Source of the DNA: an uncultured Actinomycetota bacterium
Lineage (GTDB): Bacteria; Actinomycetota; Actinomycetes; Actinomycetales; Dermatophilaceae
Assembly (NCBI GenBank): GCA_963706855.1
Contig: CAVPNU010000005.1
Coordinates: 297,422-361,421 of the forward strand
DNA: 64,000 nucleotides
Reading direction: 5' to 3'
The notes under the pieces: model-generated
What the model was told of the DNA's origin: nothing
Seen by the model: only the letters and a program-made list of their open reading frames with translations
Databases searched by the model: none
Program-made: the position numbers and the translations under genes
Part shown: positions 33,862-44,287 of the stretch, piece after piece
Numbering within the stretch: the stretch's first letter is position 1
Layout: each line of letters opens with the position of its first letter

Positions 33862-33926
33862 GCGTCCTTGACCGAGCCGACCGGGACTGACCTGGGCAGA
33901 CCAGCCTGGGCGTGTAGGTTGCCGAG

Positions 33927-34707
33927 GTGACCGACCCCGAGCCCCTGGTCGTCCTCCAGGACGTCAACAAGCACTTCGGCGACCTGCACGTCCTGCGTGA
34001 CATCAACCTGACGGTCGGGCGCGGCGAGGTGGTCGTGGTCATCGGGCCCTCAGGCTCCGGCAAGTCGACCTTGTGCCGCACCATCAACCGGCTCGAGACG
34101 ATCGAGTCCGGCACCATCACCATCGACGGGAAGTCGCTGCCCGACGACGGCAAGGACCTCGCTGCGCTGCGCGCGGACGTGGGCATGGTGTTCCAGTCGT
34201 TCAACCTCTTCGCGCACAAGACCATCCTCGAGAACGTCACGTTGGCGCCCGATCATGGTCCGCGGCACCCCGGTTGCCGTCGCGGAGAAGCGGGCCATGG
34301 AGCTGCTCGAGCGCGTCGGGGTGGCCGCGCAGGCGCAGAAGCTTCCTGGCCAGCTCTCCGGCGGCCAGCAGCAGCGGGTCGCGATCGCCAGGTCGCTCGC
34401 GATGGACCCCAAGGTGATGCTCTTCGACGAGCCCACGTCCGCGCTCGACCCGGAGATGACCACCGAGGTGCTCGAGGTGATGGTGCGGCTCGCCGACGAC
34501 GGCATGACGATGGTCGTCGTGACCCACGAGATGGGCTTCGCCCGCAAGGCTGCCCACCGGGTCGTCTTCATGGCCGACGGTCAGATCGTCGAGCAGGCCG
34601 ACCCCGGCACCTTCTTCACCGCCCCTTCCTCAGCACGCGCCAAGGACTTCCTCGGTAGCGTCCTGCGCGCACTGAGCCACAGCCACCACCCACCACCATC
34701 GGAGTAG
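33927..34707 (+). CDS. glnQ: polar amino-acid ABC transporter ATP-binding protein (GlnQ-like). Frameshift near 34250.
   Basis: Walker [10 protein letters not shown], signature LSGGQQQRV, Walker [11 protein letters not shown] and H-loop, split between the 33927 and 34255 frames. Confidence 0.8.
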
Positions 34708-34714
34708 GAGCAGG

Positions 34715-35562
34715 ATGACCATTCGCCGGCTCGCGGCGCTGGGCGCTGCGCTGGTCCTCGTCGTGGGGCTGAGTGCGTGCGCGGGCGGCGTCTCCCGTGC
34801 CGGCGGTGGCGCCAAGCTCAAGGTCGGGATCAAGTTCGACGAGCCCGGACTCGGGTTCAAGCACGGTTCGACCTACAGCGGACTGGATGTCGACGTGGCC
34901 ACCTACGTGGCCGAGCAGCTGGGGTATCGAGCGTCCGACATCCAGTGGGTCCAGGCACCGTCGGCGCAGCGCGAGACGCTCATCTCGACCGGTCAGGTGG
35001 ACCTGGTGGTGGCCACCTACTCGATCACGGACCAGCGCAAGAAGAAGGTGTCCTTCGCCGGGCCCTACTTCGTGGCCGGCCAGGACCTCCTCGTCCGCTC
35101 CGACGACACGTCGATCACCGGGCCCGAGTCACTGACCGGCAAGAAGCTCTGCTCCGCCTCCGGCTCGACCTCGGCGCAGAAGGTCAAGGACAAGTACTCC
35201 GGCGTCCAGCTGCAGGAGTACCAGACGTACTCCGAGTGCGTGGCGGCCCTGGTCGCCGGGCGCGTGGATGCGGTGACGACCGACAACGCCATCCTTGCCG
35301 GGTATGCCGCGGAGCCGGCATACAAGGGCACGCTCAGGGTCGTGGGCAAGACCTTCTCCGCAGGAGCGTTACGGGATCGGCTTCAGGCACGGGCGACGTG
35401 GCGCTGTGCCAGAAGATCACCACGGCCATCTCGTCGATGATCTCGTCGGGAGCCTGGCAGCGGGCGGTCGACACGAACCTCGGCCCCTCGGGCTTCCGGG
35501 TCGACCGGGCGACGAACCCGCCGCAACCCGACCCATGCCCCACTGAGTCGACGAGCTCCTGA
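34715..35562 (+). CDS. amino-acid ABC transporter substrate-binding lipoprotein (family 3). Two close frameshifts near 35365-35395.
   Basis: Lipoprotein signal (LSAC). Family-3 SBP body. C-terminus (DVALCQKITTAISSMISSGAWQRAVDTNLGP...) lies in the 34777 frame ending at 35562. No permease gene follows. Confidence 0.7.
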
Positions 35563-36092
35563 CGTCAAGACAACGGCACCCCTGCTCGAACCCGGGCGGG
35601 GGTGCCGCGTCATCAGACTCCTACCCACCTACCGCGGCAGTGATGTGTTGCTGCGACCGCCCCACGGGCATACATTGAGTCGCTGGCCCCCGGGAAGGTC
35701 TACTGCGGACCTACCACCAGGGGGTCAGCCCATTTCCACGCCAGGCCGGGACCGCGGGTCGTTGGGCTGGGGAGCCACCTGGGGGCAAGGCTTGACCCAA
35801 CCGGGGGCCGCCGCATACCTCCCCGCTGTCACACTCGGGAATGAGGGGGAGGTCTGTCCGTGCAACCCTGCCGCCCGCAAGGACAGGCCCCCTGCCTTCC
35901 GATCAACGCCCCCGTCACCCCCAGTCGGGGGCGTTGCCCTGCCACAGCCCTGATGGACCGGGCGGTCGTGGTCAACGGTGCGCGTTCACCGCGTGTCACT
36001 GCGGCGTGAGGTGCTAGCCAGTGACTGGGTGGATCCTCAACGGGTGCCGCCCCCAACCGTGGGAGGCTGAGGGCGGTCAGATCGTGCGTGGC

Positions 36093-36168
36093 TGGCTCCC
36101 CCGGTTGGACTCGAACCAACAACCTGCCGATTAACAGTCGGCTGCTCTGCCAATTGAGCTACAGGGGA
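36093..36168 (-). tRNA. tRNA-Asn (anticodon GTT)
   Basis: Reverse complement is TCCCCTGTAGCTCAATTGGCAGAGCAGCCGACTGTTAATCGGCAGGTTGTTGGTTCGAGTCCAACCGGGGGAGCCA. Confidence 0.9.
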
Positions 36169-36259
36169 ATGGCCGCGGCGTTCCTGCCCGCGGCGCTGCG
36201 CAACGATAGCAAAGGATGCGGGCACTTCTGAAAACGGGGATGCGCGCGCGCCCGACCAC

Positions 36260-36777
36260 TCAGTCGAGGCCCACCTGCTCGCGCAGCTCCGCCAGGGCAC
36301 GAGCGGTCGCGGACGCCACTTCGTCGTCGTCGGCCCGGACCCCTCGACCCGTGACGACCTGCTCCACCAGCTCCCCTGTCGCGAGGTTCTGCCGGATGAC
36401 CACGCGCGCACTGCGGCGAGGACCCAGGTCGACGCGCTGCGCCAGCACGACGCTGGCCTGCACCCGCTCGCGCAGCGTCTCCGGCAGGAGCGTCGAGTCG
36501 CCGAGTGTCCACTGTGAGGGCCGGGCGCCGCCCACCCACGTGACCGTCAGCTGGCCCAGCTCGGAGGACCACGTGCCGGCATCCACCTCGTGCCACGGAC
36601 GGACGAGCGTGCGCATCCCGGCGGCATCCACGGCATACAGGCGGTGGTTGCTCAGCACGACGGTGACGCCCGTCGACTCCTCACGCGCCCAGGCGAGCAC
36701 GCGTTCGCCGGGGCCCAGCTCGAGGGCATGGCGGATCGGGCCGGGCAGCCGCTCGCCGCGGCGCAGGGAGAACGCCA
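36260..36777 (-). CDS. conserved hypothetical protein, possibly a PH/GRAM-like domain, translationally coupled to dnaG
   Basis: 172 aa (MAFSLRRGERLPGPIRHALELGPGERVLAWAREE...). Its ATG overlaps the dnaG stop (ATGA). Confidence 0.5.
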
Positions 36778-38720
36778 TCAGCTGGCCCGGTCGCGCAGCT
36801 GGGCCAGCTGACGCTGGAGGTCCTGGAGCGCACCGGAGAGCTGACGCGCCGCCGACAGGGTCGGACTGCGGGTCGGTCGCCATCCGGCGCATCGCCGACA
36901 TCGCGTCGCCGATCTGCCGGGTGAGCGCGACCTCCTTGACGCGGACGAGCAGCGCCTGGATGTAGCGGCGCTCCGGCAGCCCGGTCGCGCGGTCCATGCG
37001 GGTCGGCAGCTCGGCCACGGCCAGCTCGGACACGAGCCCGCGAACGGCCAGCGGCGCCGCCTCGGCCACCCGGTCCGCCCAGGCTTTGGCCGACAGTCCC
37101 TGCTGCAGGCCACCGATGCTGCGCACGCCGTCGAAGACCGCGCGATGAGCGGGCGCCGTGAACGCATCGGGCTCGATCGAGTCGACCTCGGCGGCGGAGA
37201 AGCTGTCGGGGTACTGCAACAGGCTCTGGAGCAGCTGGCGCTCCGCGAACACCACCGGGTCGCGCAGGTCGGGCACGGGCAGGGCGGCCCGGGCCTCCTC
37301 CACCGATGGCTCGGGCACGACGTCGGCGTCGGCGCGGGCCGGCGCCCCCGCGTCGGCCTTGGCGTCGCGCGCGGCCACGCGGCCGGCCCGGGCCACCTCG
37401 GCCTGGACCTGCTCGACCTCCACACCGATCCAGCCGGCGACCGTGCGGATGTACTCGGGCCGCATCGAGCTGTCGCGGATCGAGCTCACGATGGGCGCGG
37501 CGGCGCGCATGCCCTGGACCCGGCCCTCGGCGGTCGACAGGTCGAACCGGCTGATCGTGGTGCGAACGGCGAACTCGAACATCGGGATCGCGTCGTCCAC
37601 GAGATGCCGGACGGCGTCGTCGCCGCGCGCCACCCGGAGCTCGCAGGGGTCCATGCCGCCCTCGGCGACGGCGACGAAGGACTGGGACGCCCATCGCTGG
37701 TCCTCGCCGAAGGCGCGCATCGCGGCCTTCTGCCCGGCAGCGTCGCCGTCGAAGGTGAACACGACGCGGGCGGGCGCGAGGTCGGCCTCGTCGCGCATGA
37801 TCCGTCGCAGCATCTTGATGTGGTCCACGCCGAACGCCGTGCCACAGGTGGCCACCGCGCCCTCGATGCCCGCGAGGTGGCAGGCCATCACGTCGGTGTA
37901 GCCCTCGACCACGACCGCTTTGCGCTCTGCCGCAATGGATTTCTTCGCGGCATCGAGGCCGTAGAGGACGGTGGACTTCTTGTAGATGGGCGTCTCGGAG
38001 GTGTTGAGGTACTTCGCGGCGATCCGGTCGTCGTCGAAGAGCCGTCGAGCCCCGAACCCCACGGTGTCGCCGGTGATGTCGCGGATCGGCCAGACCAGAC
38101 GCCCCCGGAACCGGTCGTACAGCCCGCGGCTGCCCCGACCGGAGAGCCCGCCGAGCGTCAGCTCCTCGTCGGTGAAGCCCTTCGCGCGCAGGTGCCGCGA
38201 CAGCTCCTCACCACCGCGTGGGAGCGAAGCCCACACCGAACCGCTTCGCCGCCTCGCTGTCGAACCCTCGCTCGCGCAGGAAGTCGCGCCCGGCCCGCGC
38301 CTCGGGGGCGTTGAGCAGGGCGTGGTGGTAGAACTCCTGCGCCACCCGGTGCGCCTCGACGAGCCGCGACCGGCGGCCCAGGCTCTCGCCGTCGCGACCG
38401 CCCGGACGGCCGCCCTCTTCGTAGTGCAGCTCCATGCCCAGCTTCTGGGCGAGCCGCTCGACCGCCTCGGTGAAGGTCAGGTGCTCGACCTTCTGGACGA
38501 AGGAGATGACGTCGCCACCCTCGCCGCAGCCGAAGCAGTGCCAGGCGCCCACGGCGCCACGGACGGTGAACGACGGCGTCTTCTCGTCGTGGAACGGGCA
38601 CAGGCCCTTCATCGAGCCGGGGCCGGCCGAGCGCAGAGTGACGTGCTCGCGCACGACATCCTCGATCGACGAGCGCTCCTTGACGAGCGCGATGTCGTCG
38701 GTCTTGATCCGACCCGCCAC
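36777..38720 (-). CDS. dnaG: DNA primase. Two frameshifts.
   Basis: Zinc-binding N-terminus (CPFHDEKTPSF...CFGCGEGG) in the 38208-38720 frame. TOPRIM and core (EGYTDVMA...) in the 36260-38236 frame. C-terminal DnaB-interaction tail ...SAARQLSGALQDLQRQLAQLRDRAS in a third frame ending at 36777-36779. Shifts near 38215 and 36870. Confidence 0.85.
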
Positions 38721-38834
38721 TGGCCCTCCTGTTCGGCGCCGAGTCTAGGTGCTGGCACCGACGCGGCGCCGCGGAGCCCACAGATCGCCCGCCTCAGCGT
38801 CCCGCTCCGGCCCGCGGAGACGGCTCCGGCCGGG

Positions 38835-40075
38835 TCAGCTCCAGCGGGCGTACAGCGCCAGGGCGCGCACGTCGGTCAGGGACGCGACCTGGTCGACGAC
38901 CACCCGCAGCGCGGCAGCGTCGGAGTCGGCCGCCTTCCAGTCCCCCAGCAGGTCCGGGTCCAGCCGCCCCACGGGATCCTCCTGGTACGCAGCCACCAGG
39001 TCGCGCACCACCTCGCGCTGCCCGGCCAGCACCTCGACGCGCTCCTGGGCGTGCATGACGAAATGCGCGGCCACCGCCTTGAGCACGGCGCACTCTGCGC
39101 GCGTCGCGTCGGGCACGACCAGGTGCGCGGCATACCTCGTCAGCGCCCCTCCCCCGTGCGCCTCCCGGGTGGCTCCCTCGACCGCCACCACGAACCGGCC
39201 GATGAGGCGCGAGGTCATGTCCTTCAGTGCGGCCCGGTCGGTGCGCGACCCCTCGTATGCCGCGGGGACGGTCCCCGTGGCCAGCACCCGTTCCAGCGCG
39301 GCGCCGAGGGCGTCCGTGCCGAGGTCGGGCGCGTAGAGGCCCGCGGCGACACCGAGCACGGCGTCGACGTCGGCGGGGTCACGCAGCCGGCGCACGTCGA
39401 GCCGGCCCGAGGCGATCGCGTCCTCCACGTCGTGCACCGAGTAGGCCACGTCGTCGGACCAGTCCATGACGTCGGCCTCGATGCAGCGCCGGCCCGGCTC
39501 ACGTCCCTGCCGGAACCAGGCGAACACCTCGATGTCGTCGTCGTAGACGCCGAACTTCTCGCTGGGACCTCCGCTGGCGCCGGAGCCTCGGCCCGGGTCC
39601 ACGGGTACTTGGTCGCGGCGTCCAGGCTCGCCCGGGTCAGGTTCAGACCGGCGGGCCGTCCGTCGGGGTGGACCCGCTTGGGCTCCAGCCGGGTCAGCAG
39701 CCGCAGGGTCTGGGCGTTGCCCTCGAAGCCCCCGATGTCAGCCGCGACCGCGTCGAGCGCCTGCTCGCCGTTGTGGCCGAAGGGCGGGTGCCCGAGGTCG
39801 TGGGCGAGGCAGGCCGTGTCGACGACGTCGGCGCTGCAGCCCAGGGCCGCCCCGAACTCGCGGCCGATCTGGGCGACTTCGAGCGAGTGCGTCAGCCGGT
39901 TGCGCACGAAGTCGTCGTCACCCGGCTGGACGACCTGGGTCTTCGCCGACAGCCTGCGCAGCGAGGCCGAGTGCACGAGGCGAGCCCGGTCGCGGGCGAA
40001 GTCGTCGCGGTCGGCGCGCTTGTGCACGGGGTCCTCGGGGACCCAGCGCTCGCGGTCGGCCTCGGCGTATCCCAC
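38835..40075 (-). CDS. dgt: dGTP triphosphohydrolase (HD domain). Frameshift near 39570.
   Basis: HD motif ([12 protein letters not shown]...[13 protein letters not shown]) in the 39224-40075 frame (GTG start). C-terminal 255 aa in the 38835-39602 frame. Confidence 0.8.
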
Positions 40076-40084
40076 CCCGCGACT

Positions 40085-40744
40085 CTAGGACCCCCGTGCC
40101 GACGCGGCGGCCGCGGCTGCCCGTTCCACCCATCGCGGCGCCTCGCCGTAGCGCTGGCTCGGGATGAGCCGCCCGGCTGCGCTGTCGGCGAGCAGCTGGT
40201 CCATGCGCTTGTCGCGGGTGGCCTCCTGCTTGGCGGTCAGCACCCAGCTGATGGCGATCCTGCGGTACGAGGGGGTGGCCTCGGCCCAGAAGGCAGCCGC
40301 CCTCGCGTCGCTCTCGAGCCGCGCGGCATACGAGGGAGGGAAGGCCAGCTCGCCCTGCTCGTAGGTGTAGATGCCCGACCGCTCGGGGCGGCGACGGGCA
40401 AAGGCCGCCAGGCCGGGCGGTCGCATGCGCCCCTCGGCGGTGAGCCGCTCCACGGCCGCGATGTTGACCGCGCTCCACGTGCTGGTCGGCTTGCGCGGCG
40501 TCCAGCGCTGGCGCACCGCGTCGTCGTCGATGCGCTGGACGACCGAGTCGATCCACCCCCAGCACAGCGCTTCCAGCACCGCGTCCTCCCAGGTGAGCCC
40601 ACGGTCGCCGACGTGCTTCTTGTAGAGGCCCATCCACAGCTCGGTCGCCGTGTCGTGGTTGGCCTCGAGCCACGCGGCGAACTCCTCGGCGCCGCTGAAG
40701 AACAGCGCCGGCCGCTCGGGGGTGCCACCCCGCGTCCCGATCAT
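40085..40744 (-). CDS. YdeI/DUF1801-family protein
   Basis: About 220 aa starting MIGTRGGTPERPALFFSGAEEFAAWLE. The longer annotated ORF upstream of this Met is low-complexity and probably not coding. Confidence 0.55.
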   Translation of the reverse strand: MIGTRGGTPERPALFFSGAEEFAAWLEANHDTATELWMGLYKKHVGDRGLTWEDAVLEALCWGWIDSVVQRIDDDAVRQRWTPRKPTSTWSAVNIAAVERLTAEGRMRPPGLAAFARRRPERSGIYTYEQGELAFPPSYAARLESDARAAAFWAEATPSYRRIAISWVLTAKQEATRDKRMDQLLADSAAGRLIPSQRYGEAPRWVERAAAAAASARGS

Positions 40745-40808
40745 GGCGGCAGCCTGCCACGAGACAGCTCGACTTGCGTTGTCGCTGAAGCCCATCAAGG
40801 GTGGAGGT

Positions 40809-41366
40809 ATGAGCCATCTCAGCGGAAAGACCATCGCCTTCCTCGTCGCCAAGGAGGGCATCGAACGCGTCGAGCTGACCGAGCCGTGGCAGGCGGTCAC
40901 CGACGCCGGGGCGACGCCCGTGCTGCTCAGCCCCGAGACCGGCGAGGTCCAGACGTTCGACCACCTCGACAAGGCCGAGACCCGGCCGGTCGACAAGGCC
41001 GTCGCGCAGGCGTCGGTGGACGACTACGACGCGCTGGTCCTGCCCGGCGGGGTCGCCAACCCCGACGCGCTGCGCACGGACGAGTCGGCCGTGGGCTTCG
41101 TGCGCGACTTCGTGGCCAGCGGCAAGCCCGTCGCGGCGATCTGTCACGCGCCGTGGACGCTCGTGGAGGCGGACGTCGTCAAGGGCCGCACCGTGACCTC
41201 GTGGCCGAGCCTGCAGACCGACCTGCGCAACGCGGGCGCCGAGTGGGTCGACAAGGAGGTCGTCGTCGACGGCAACCTCATCACCAGCCGGAACCCGGGC
41301 GACCTGCCCGCCTTCAACGCCCAGCTGCTCGAGTCCGTCGCGCACGGAGCTGCCGCGACCTCCTGA
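40809..41366 (+). CDS. DJ-1/PfpI-family protein (type-1 glutamine amidotransferase-like)
   Basis: 185 aa with the nucleophile-elbow Cys in AICHAPW. Confidence 0.8.
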   Translation: MSHLSGKTIAFLVAKEGIERVELTEPWQAVTDAGATPVLLSPETGEVQTFDHLDKAETRPVDKAVAQASVDDYDALVLPGGVANPDALRTDESAVGFVRDFVASGKPVAAICHAPWTLVEADVVKGRTVTSWPSLQTDLRNAGAEWVDKEVVVDGNLITSRNPGDLPAFNAQLLESVAHGAAATS

Positions 41367-41379
41367 CCCGCGCGCCGGG

Positions 41380-42594
41380 TCAGCCGCCCGAGACCGACAG
41401 CTCGGCCTGCGCCACCTCGGCGCGGGCCGAGTCGTCGAGCGACCGGGACTCCAGCCACCCGTCGGGCAGGGCGACCCGTCGCGGCGATCCGGCGCGCCCG
41501 CGCTGGCCCTCGGCGTCCTCACCGGGCCACGGCGCGGTCGCGTCCAGGCCGGCGGCCAGCCGGTCCAGCGACTCCAGCGAGTCGACCAGCGCGAGCTGGT
41601 GCCGAACCGTCGACCCCGCGGGGAAACCCTTGAGGTACCAGGCGATGTGCTTGCGGATGTCGCGGCAGGCCTTCAGCTCGTCGCCGTAGAAGTCGACGAG
41701 GTACTCGGTGTGCCGCCGCATGGTGGCCAGCACCTCGCCGAGCGTGGGACGCACCCGGGCCGACGTGCCGGCGAAGGCCGCCGCGAGGTCCGTGAACAGC
41801 CACGGCCGACCCAGGCAGCCGCGGCCGACGACGACGCCGTCGCACCCGGTCTCCTGCACCATCCGCACGGCGTCCTCGGCCGACCAGATGTCGCCGTTGC
41901 CGAGGACCGGGACGCTGCGGACCGTCTCCTTGAGGCGCGCGATCGCCGACCAGTCCGCCTCGCCCGAGTACGCCTGCGAGGCCGTCCGGCCGTGCAGCGC
42001 CACCGCCGCGACACCGGCCCGCTCGGCGATGCGGCCGGCCTCGAGATAGGTCAGGTGGTCGTCGTCGATGCCCTTGCGCATCTTCACGGTGACGGGCACG
42101 GCATACGGGCTCGCCTCGCGCACGGCACCGGTGACGATGGCCTCGAAGAGGTCGCGCTTCCAGGGCAGGGCCGCGCCGCCGCCCTTGCGGGTGACCTTGG
42201 GGACCGGGCACCCGAAGTTGAGGTCGATGTGGTCGGCGCGGTCCTCGGTGACGAGCAGCCGCACCGCGGCGGCCACCGTCTCCGGGTCGACCCCGTAGAG
42301 CTGGATCGAGCGCGGGCTCTCGTCCGGGTCGTGCTCGATCAGCCGCATCGTCTCCGGCGAGCGCTCCACGAGGGCGCGGGAGGTGATCATCTCGCTGACG
42401 TACAGCGACGTGGCGCCGCTCGCCCCGCCGGCCTCCAGGCCCTGGTCGCCGTACTCACGGCACAGCTTGCGGAAGGCCCGGTTGGTGATGCCGGCCATGG
42501 GCGCGAGGACGACCGGCGACTCGATGGTGTGCGGGCCGATCTGCAGGGCAGGCATCAGCGCGGTCGGGGCGGGGTCGACGGTGGTGGCAGTCAT
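41380..42594 (-). CDS. dusB: tRNA-dihydrouridine synthase
   Basis: Intact 404 aa with a TIM-barrel Dus signature (LAPMAGITNRAFR, NFGCP, catalytic Cys region). Confidence 0.85.
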   Translation of the reverse strand: MTATTVDPAPTALMPALQIGPHTIESPVVLAPMAGITNRAFRKLCREYGDQGLEAGGASGATSLYVSEMITSRALVERSPETMRLIEHDPDESPRSIQLYGVDPETVAAAVRLLVTEDRADHIDLNFGCPVPKVTRKGGGAALPWKRDLFEAIVTGAVREASPYAVPVTVKMRKGIDDDHLTYLEAGRIAERAGVAAVALHGRTASQAYSGEADWSAIARLKETVRSVPVLGNGDIWSAEDAVRMVQETGCDGVVVGRGCLGRPWLFTDLAAAFAGTSARVRPTLGEVLATMRRHTEYLVDFYGDELKACRDIRKHIAWYLKGFPAGSTVRHQLALVDSLESLDRLAAGLDATAPWPGEDAEGQRGRAGSPRRVALPDGWLESRSLDDSARAEVAQAELSVSGG

Positions 42595-42620
42595 GGCCGC
42601 ACCAGTGTCCCATCTGCTGG

Positions 42621-43477
42621 TTGACTGGCCGAATGCGTGCCCTGCTCAGCGCCGACGCGCTGCTCCCCCAGCTCTCGGACGTGGTGCTGCTGGACGTCCA
42701 GTGGAACCTCACCAGCGCGGGCGGCCCGCCCGGCCGGGACCTGTATGCCGCGGCGCACCTTCCCGGCGCCCATCACGTCGACCTCGACGCGGAGCTCGCC
42801 TCGGCGCCCGGGCCCGGCGGCCGGCACCCTCTGCCCACCGCACAGGCCGTCGAGGCGCTGATGCGGCGGTGTGGCGCCTCGAACGACTCCGCGCATCGTC
42901 GTCTACGACCAGGACCTGTCGTATGCCGCGGCGCGGGCCTGGTGGGTGCTGCGGTACTTCGGGGCGCAGGACGTCAAGGTCCTCGACGGCGGCCTGTCCG
43001 CGTGGGTCGCGGCCGGCCTGCCCACGAGCACCGACGTGCCCGCGTCGGCCACGGGCACGGGCACGGGCACCTTCGAAGCCCGGCCGGGGCAGCTGCCCAT
43101 TCTCGACGCCGACGGCGCCGCCGCGCTGGCCCGCGACGGGGTCCTGCTCGACGCGCGAGCGCCGGAGCGGTTCCGCGGCGAGAGCGAGCCGATCGACCCG
43201 GTGGCCGGCCACATCCCCGGTGCCGTCAACGCCCCGACCGTCGACAACGCCCGGGCCGACGGCCGGTTCCTCGACCCAGAGGCGCTGCGACAGCGTTTCG
43301 AGAGCCTGGGCATCCAGCCGGGAGACGGACCCGTCGGCGCGTACTGCGGGTCCGGGGTGACCGCCGCCCACGAGGTGCTGGCCCTGCACGAGGCAGGGAT
43401 CGACGCGGCGCTCTACGTCGGGTCGTGGAGCGACTGGGTCACTGATCCCGACGCGACCCGTGGCGACCGGAGGCTAG
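42621..43477 (+). CDS. sseA: thiosulfate/3-mercaptopyruvate sulfurtransferase (tandem rhodanese). Two frameshifts.
   Basis: First rhodanese domain in the 42621 frame. Second domain with active-site CGSGVTA in the 42871 frame. The true C-terminus ...RPVATGG* is reached in a third frame (TAG 43475-43477). Confidence 0.75.
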
Positions 43478-43489
43478 GCGACACCGCCG

Positions 43490-44287
43490 TCAGACGCGGG
43501 CCGTGTCGCGACGGAACCGCCACACCGCCCCTCCGGCGAAGATGGCCAGCCAGACGAGGACGTTGACGACCGCGGCCGTGCCCGGGGCGGTGCCCTTCAG
43601 GGGTGCGTGCACGATCTGGTTGAGCCCGTACATCGGCGTGTAGGTGGCGATCGTCTGGAACGCCGAGCCGAGCTGGTTCAGCGGGACGAACAGCCCACCG
43701 AGGAAGGCCAGCAGCGCCAGCGCCGGTCCGAGGATCTGCATGACGTTCTCGCTCGGGAGCAGGTACCCCATGAAGACGCCGAACGCGGCGAAGACCAGCG
43801 ACCCCACCCAGGCGAGCAGCGCCGTCTCCACCCAGACCGGGCCGTCCATGTGCGCGCCGGACGAGGCGCCCGCGGCATACGTGACGACCACCGCGATCGG
43901 CGCCGAGCACCATCGCGACGAGCACCTTCACCGCGATGTATGCCGGTGCCGTGAGCGGCGTGAGCCGCAGCTGGCGGCTCCAGCCCTGGCTGCGCTCGAC
44001 CGCCACCATGGCGCCGCCCCCGGTGGTCGACAGCATCGCGCCGTAGAGGGCCATGCTGATCATGATGAAGCCGGCGACGTTGCCGTGACCCGCGCTCAGG
44101 TTCGGAGTACTTCTGGCCCGATGCCGAACATGAAGTAGAAGGCGACCGGCATGACCAGCGAGAAGATCACGGTGCGGCGGTTGCGCAGCATGCGGCGCAG
44201 CTCGAGGAACAACAGGGTGGCGTTGAAGCCGCCCATCGGCGGCACGCTGCGCTGAGGGGTCGACGGGGCGGCGGTCGTGAGGCTCAT
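43490..44287 (-). CDS. ABC-2 type exporter permease. Frameshifts present.
   Basis: TM-rich pieces in frames 44096-44287, 43413-44063 and 43490-43891. Confidence 0.65.

Noticed and set aside
35563-36092. tmRNA, RNase P RNA or SRP RNA in the non-coding stretch next to tRNA-Asn
   Set aside because: Hallmark conserved motifs are absent: the tRNA-like tmRNA ends, the SRP GGAA/AGCAG domain IV, and the RNase P P4 sequences. It is left as an unassigned structured region.
28736-36168. Classical tRNA-integrated genomic island or prophage between tRNA-Met and tRNA-Asn
   Set aside because: No integrase, recombinase, transposase, phage structural gene or clear att duplication of the tRNA 3' end was found. 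Only an 11-bp direct repeat survives, so at most an ancient, degraded insertion.
40745-40996. Extended N-terminus (MSTGRVSALSRWSNVWTSPVSG...) of the YdeI-like ORF
   Set aside because: It overlaps the divergent promoter region of the DJ-1 gene, is low-complexity, and the family starts at the internal MIGTRGG.
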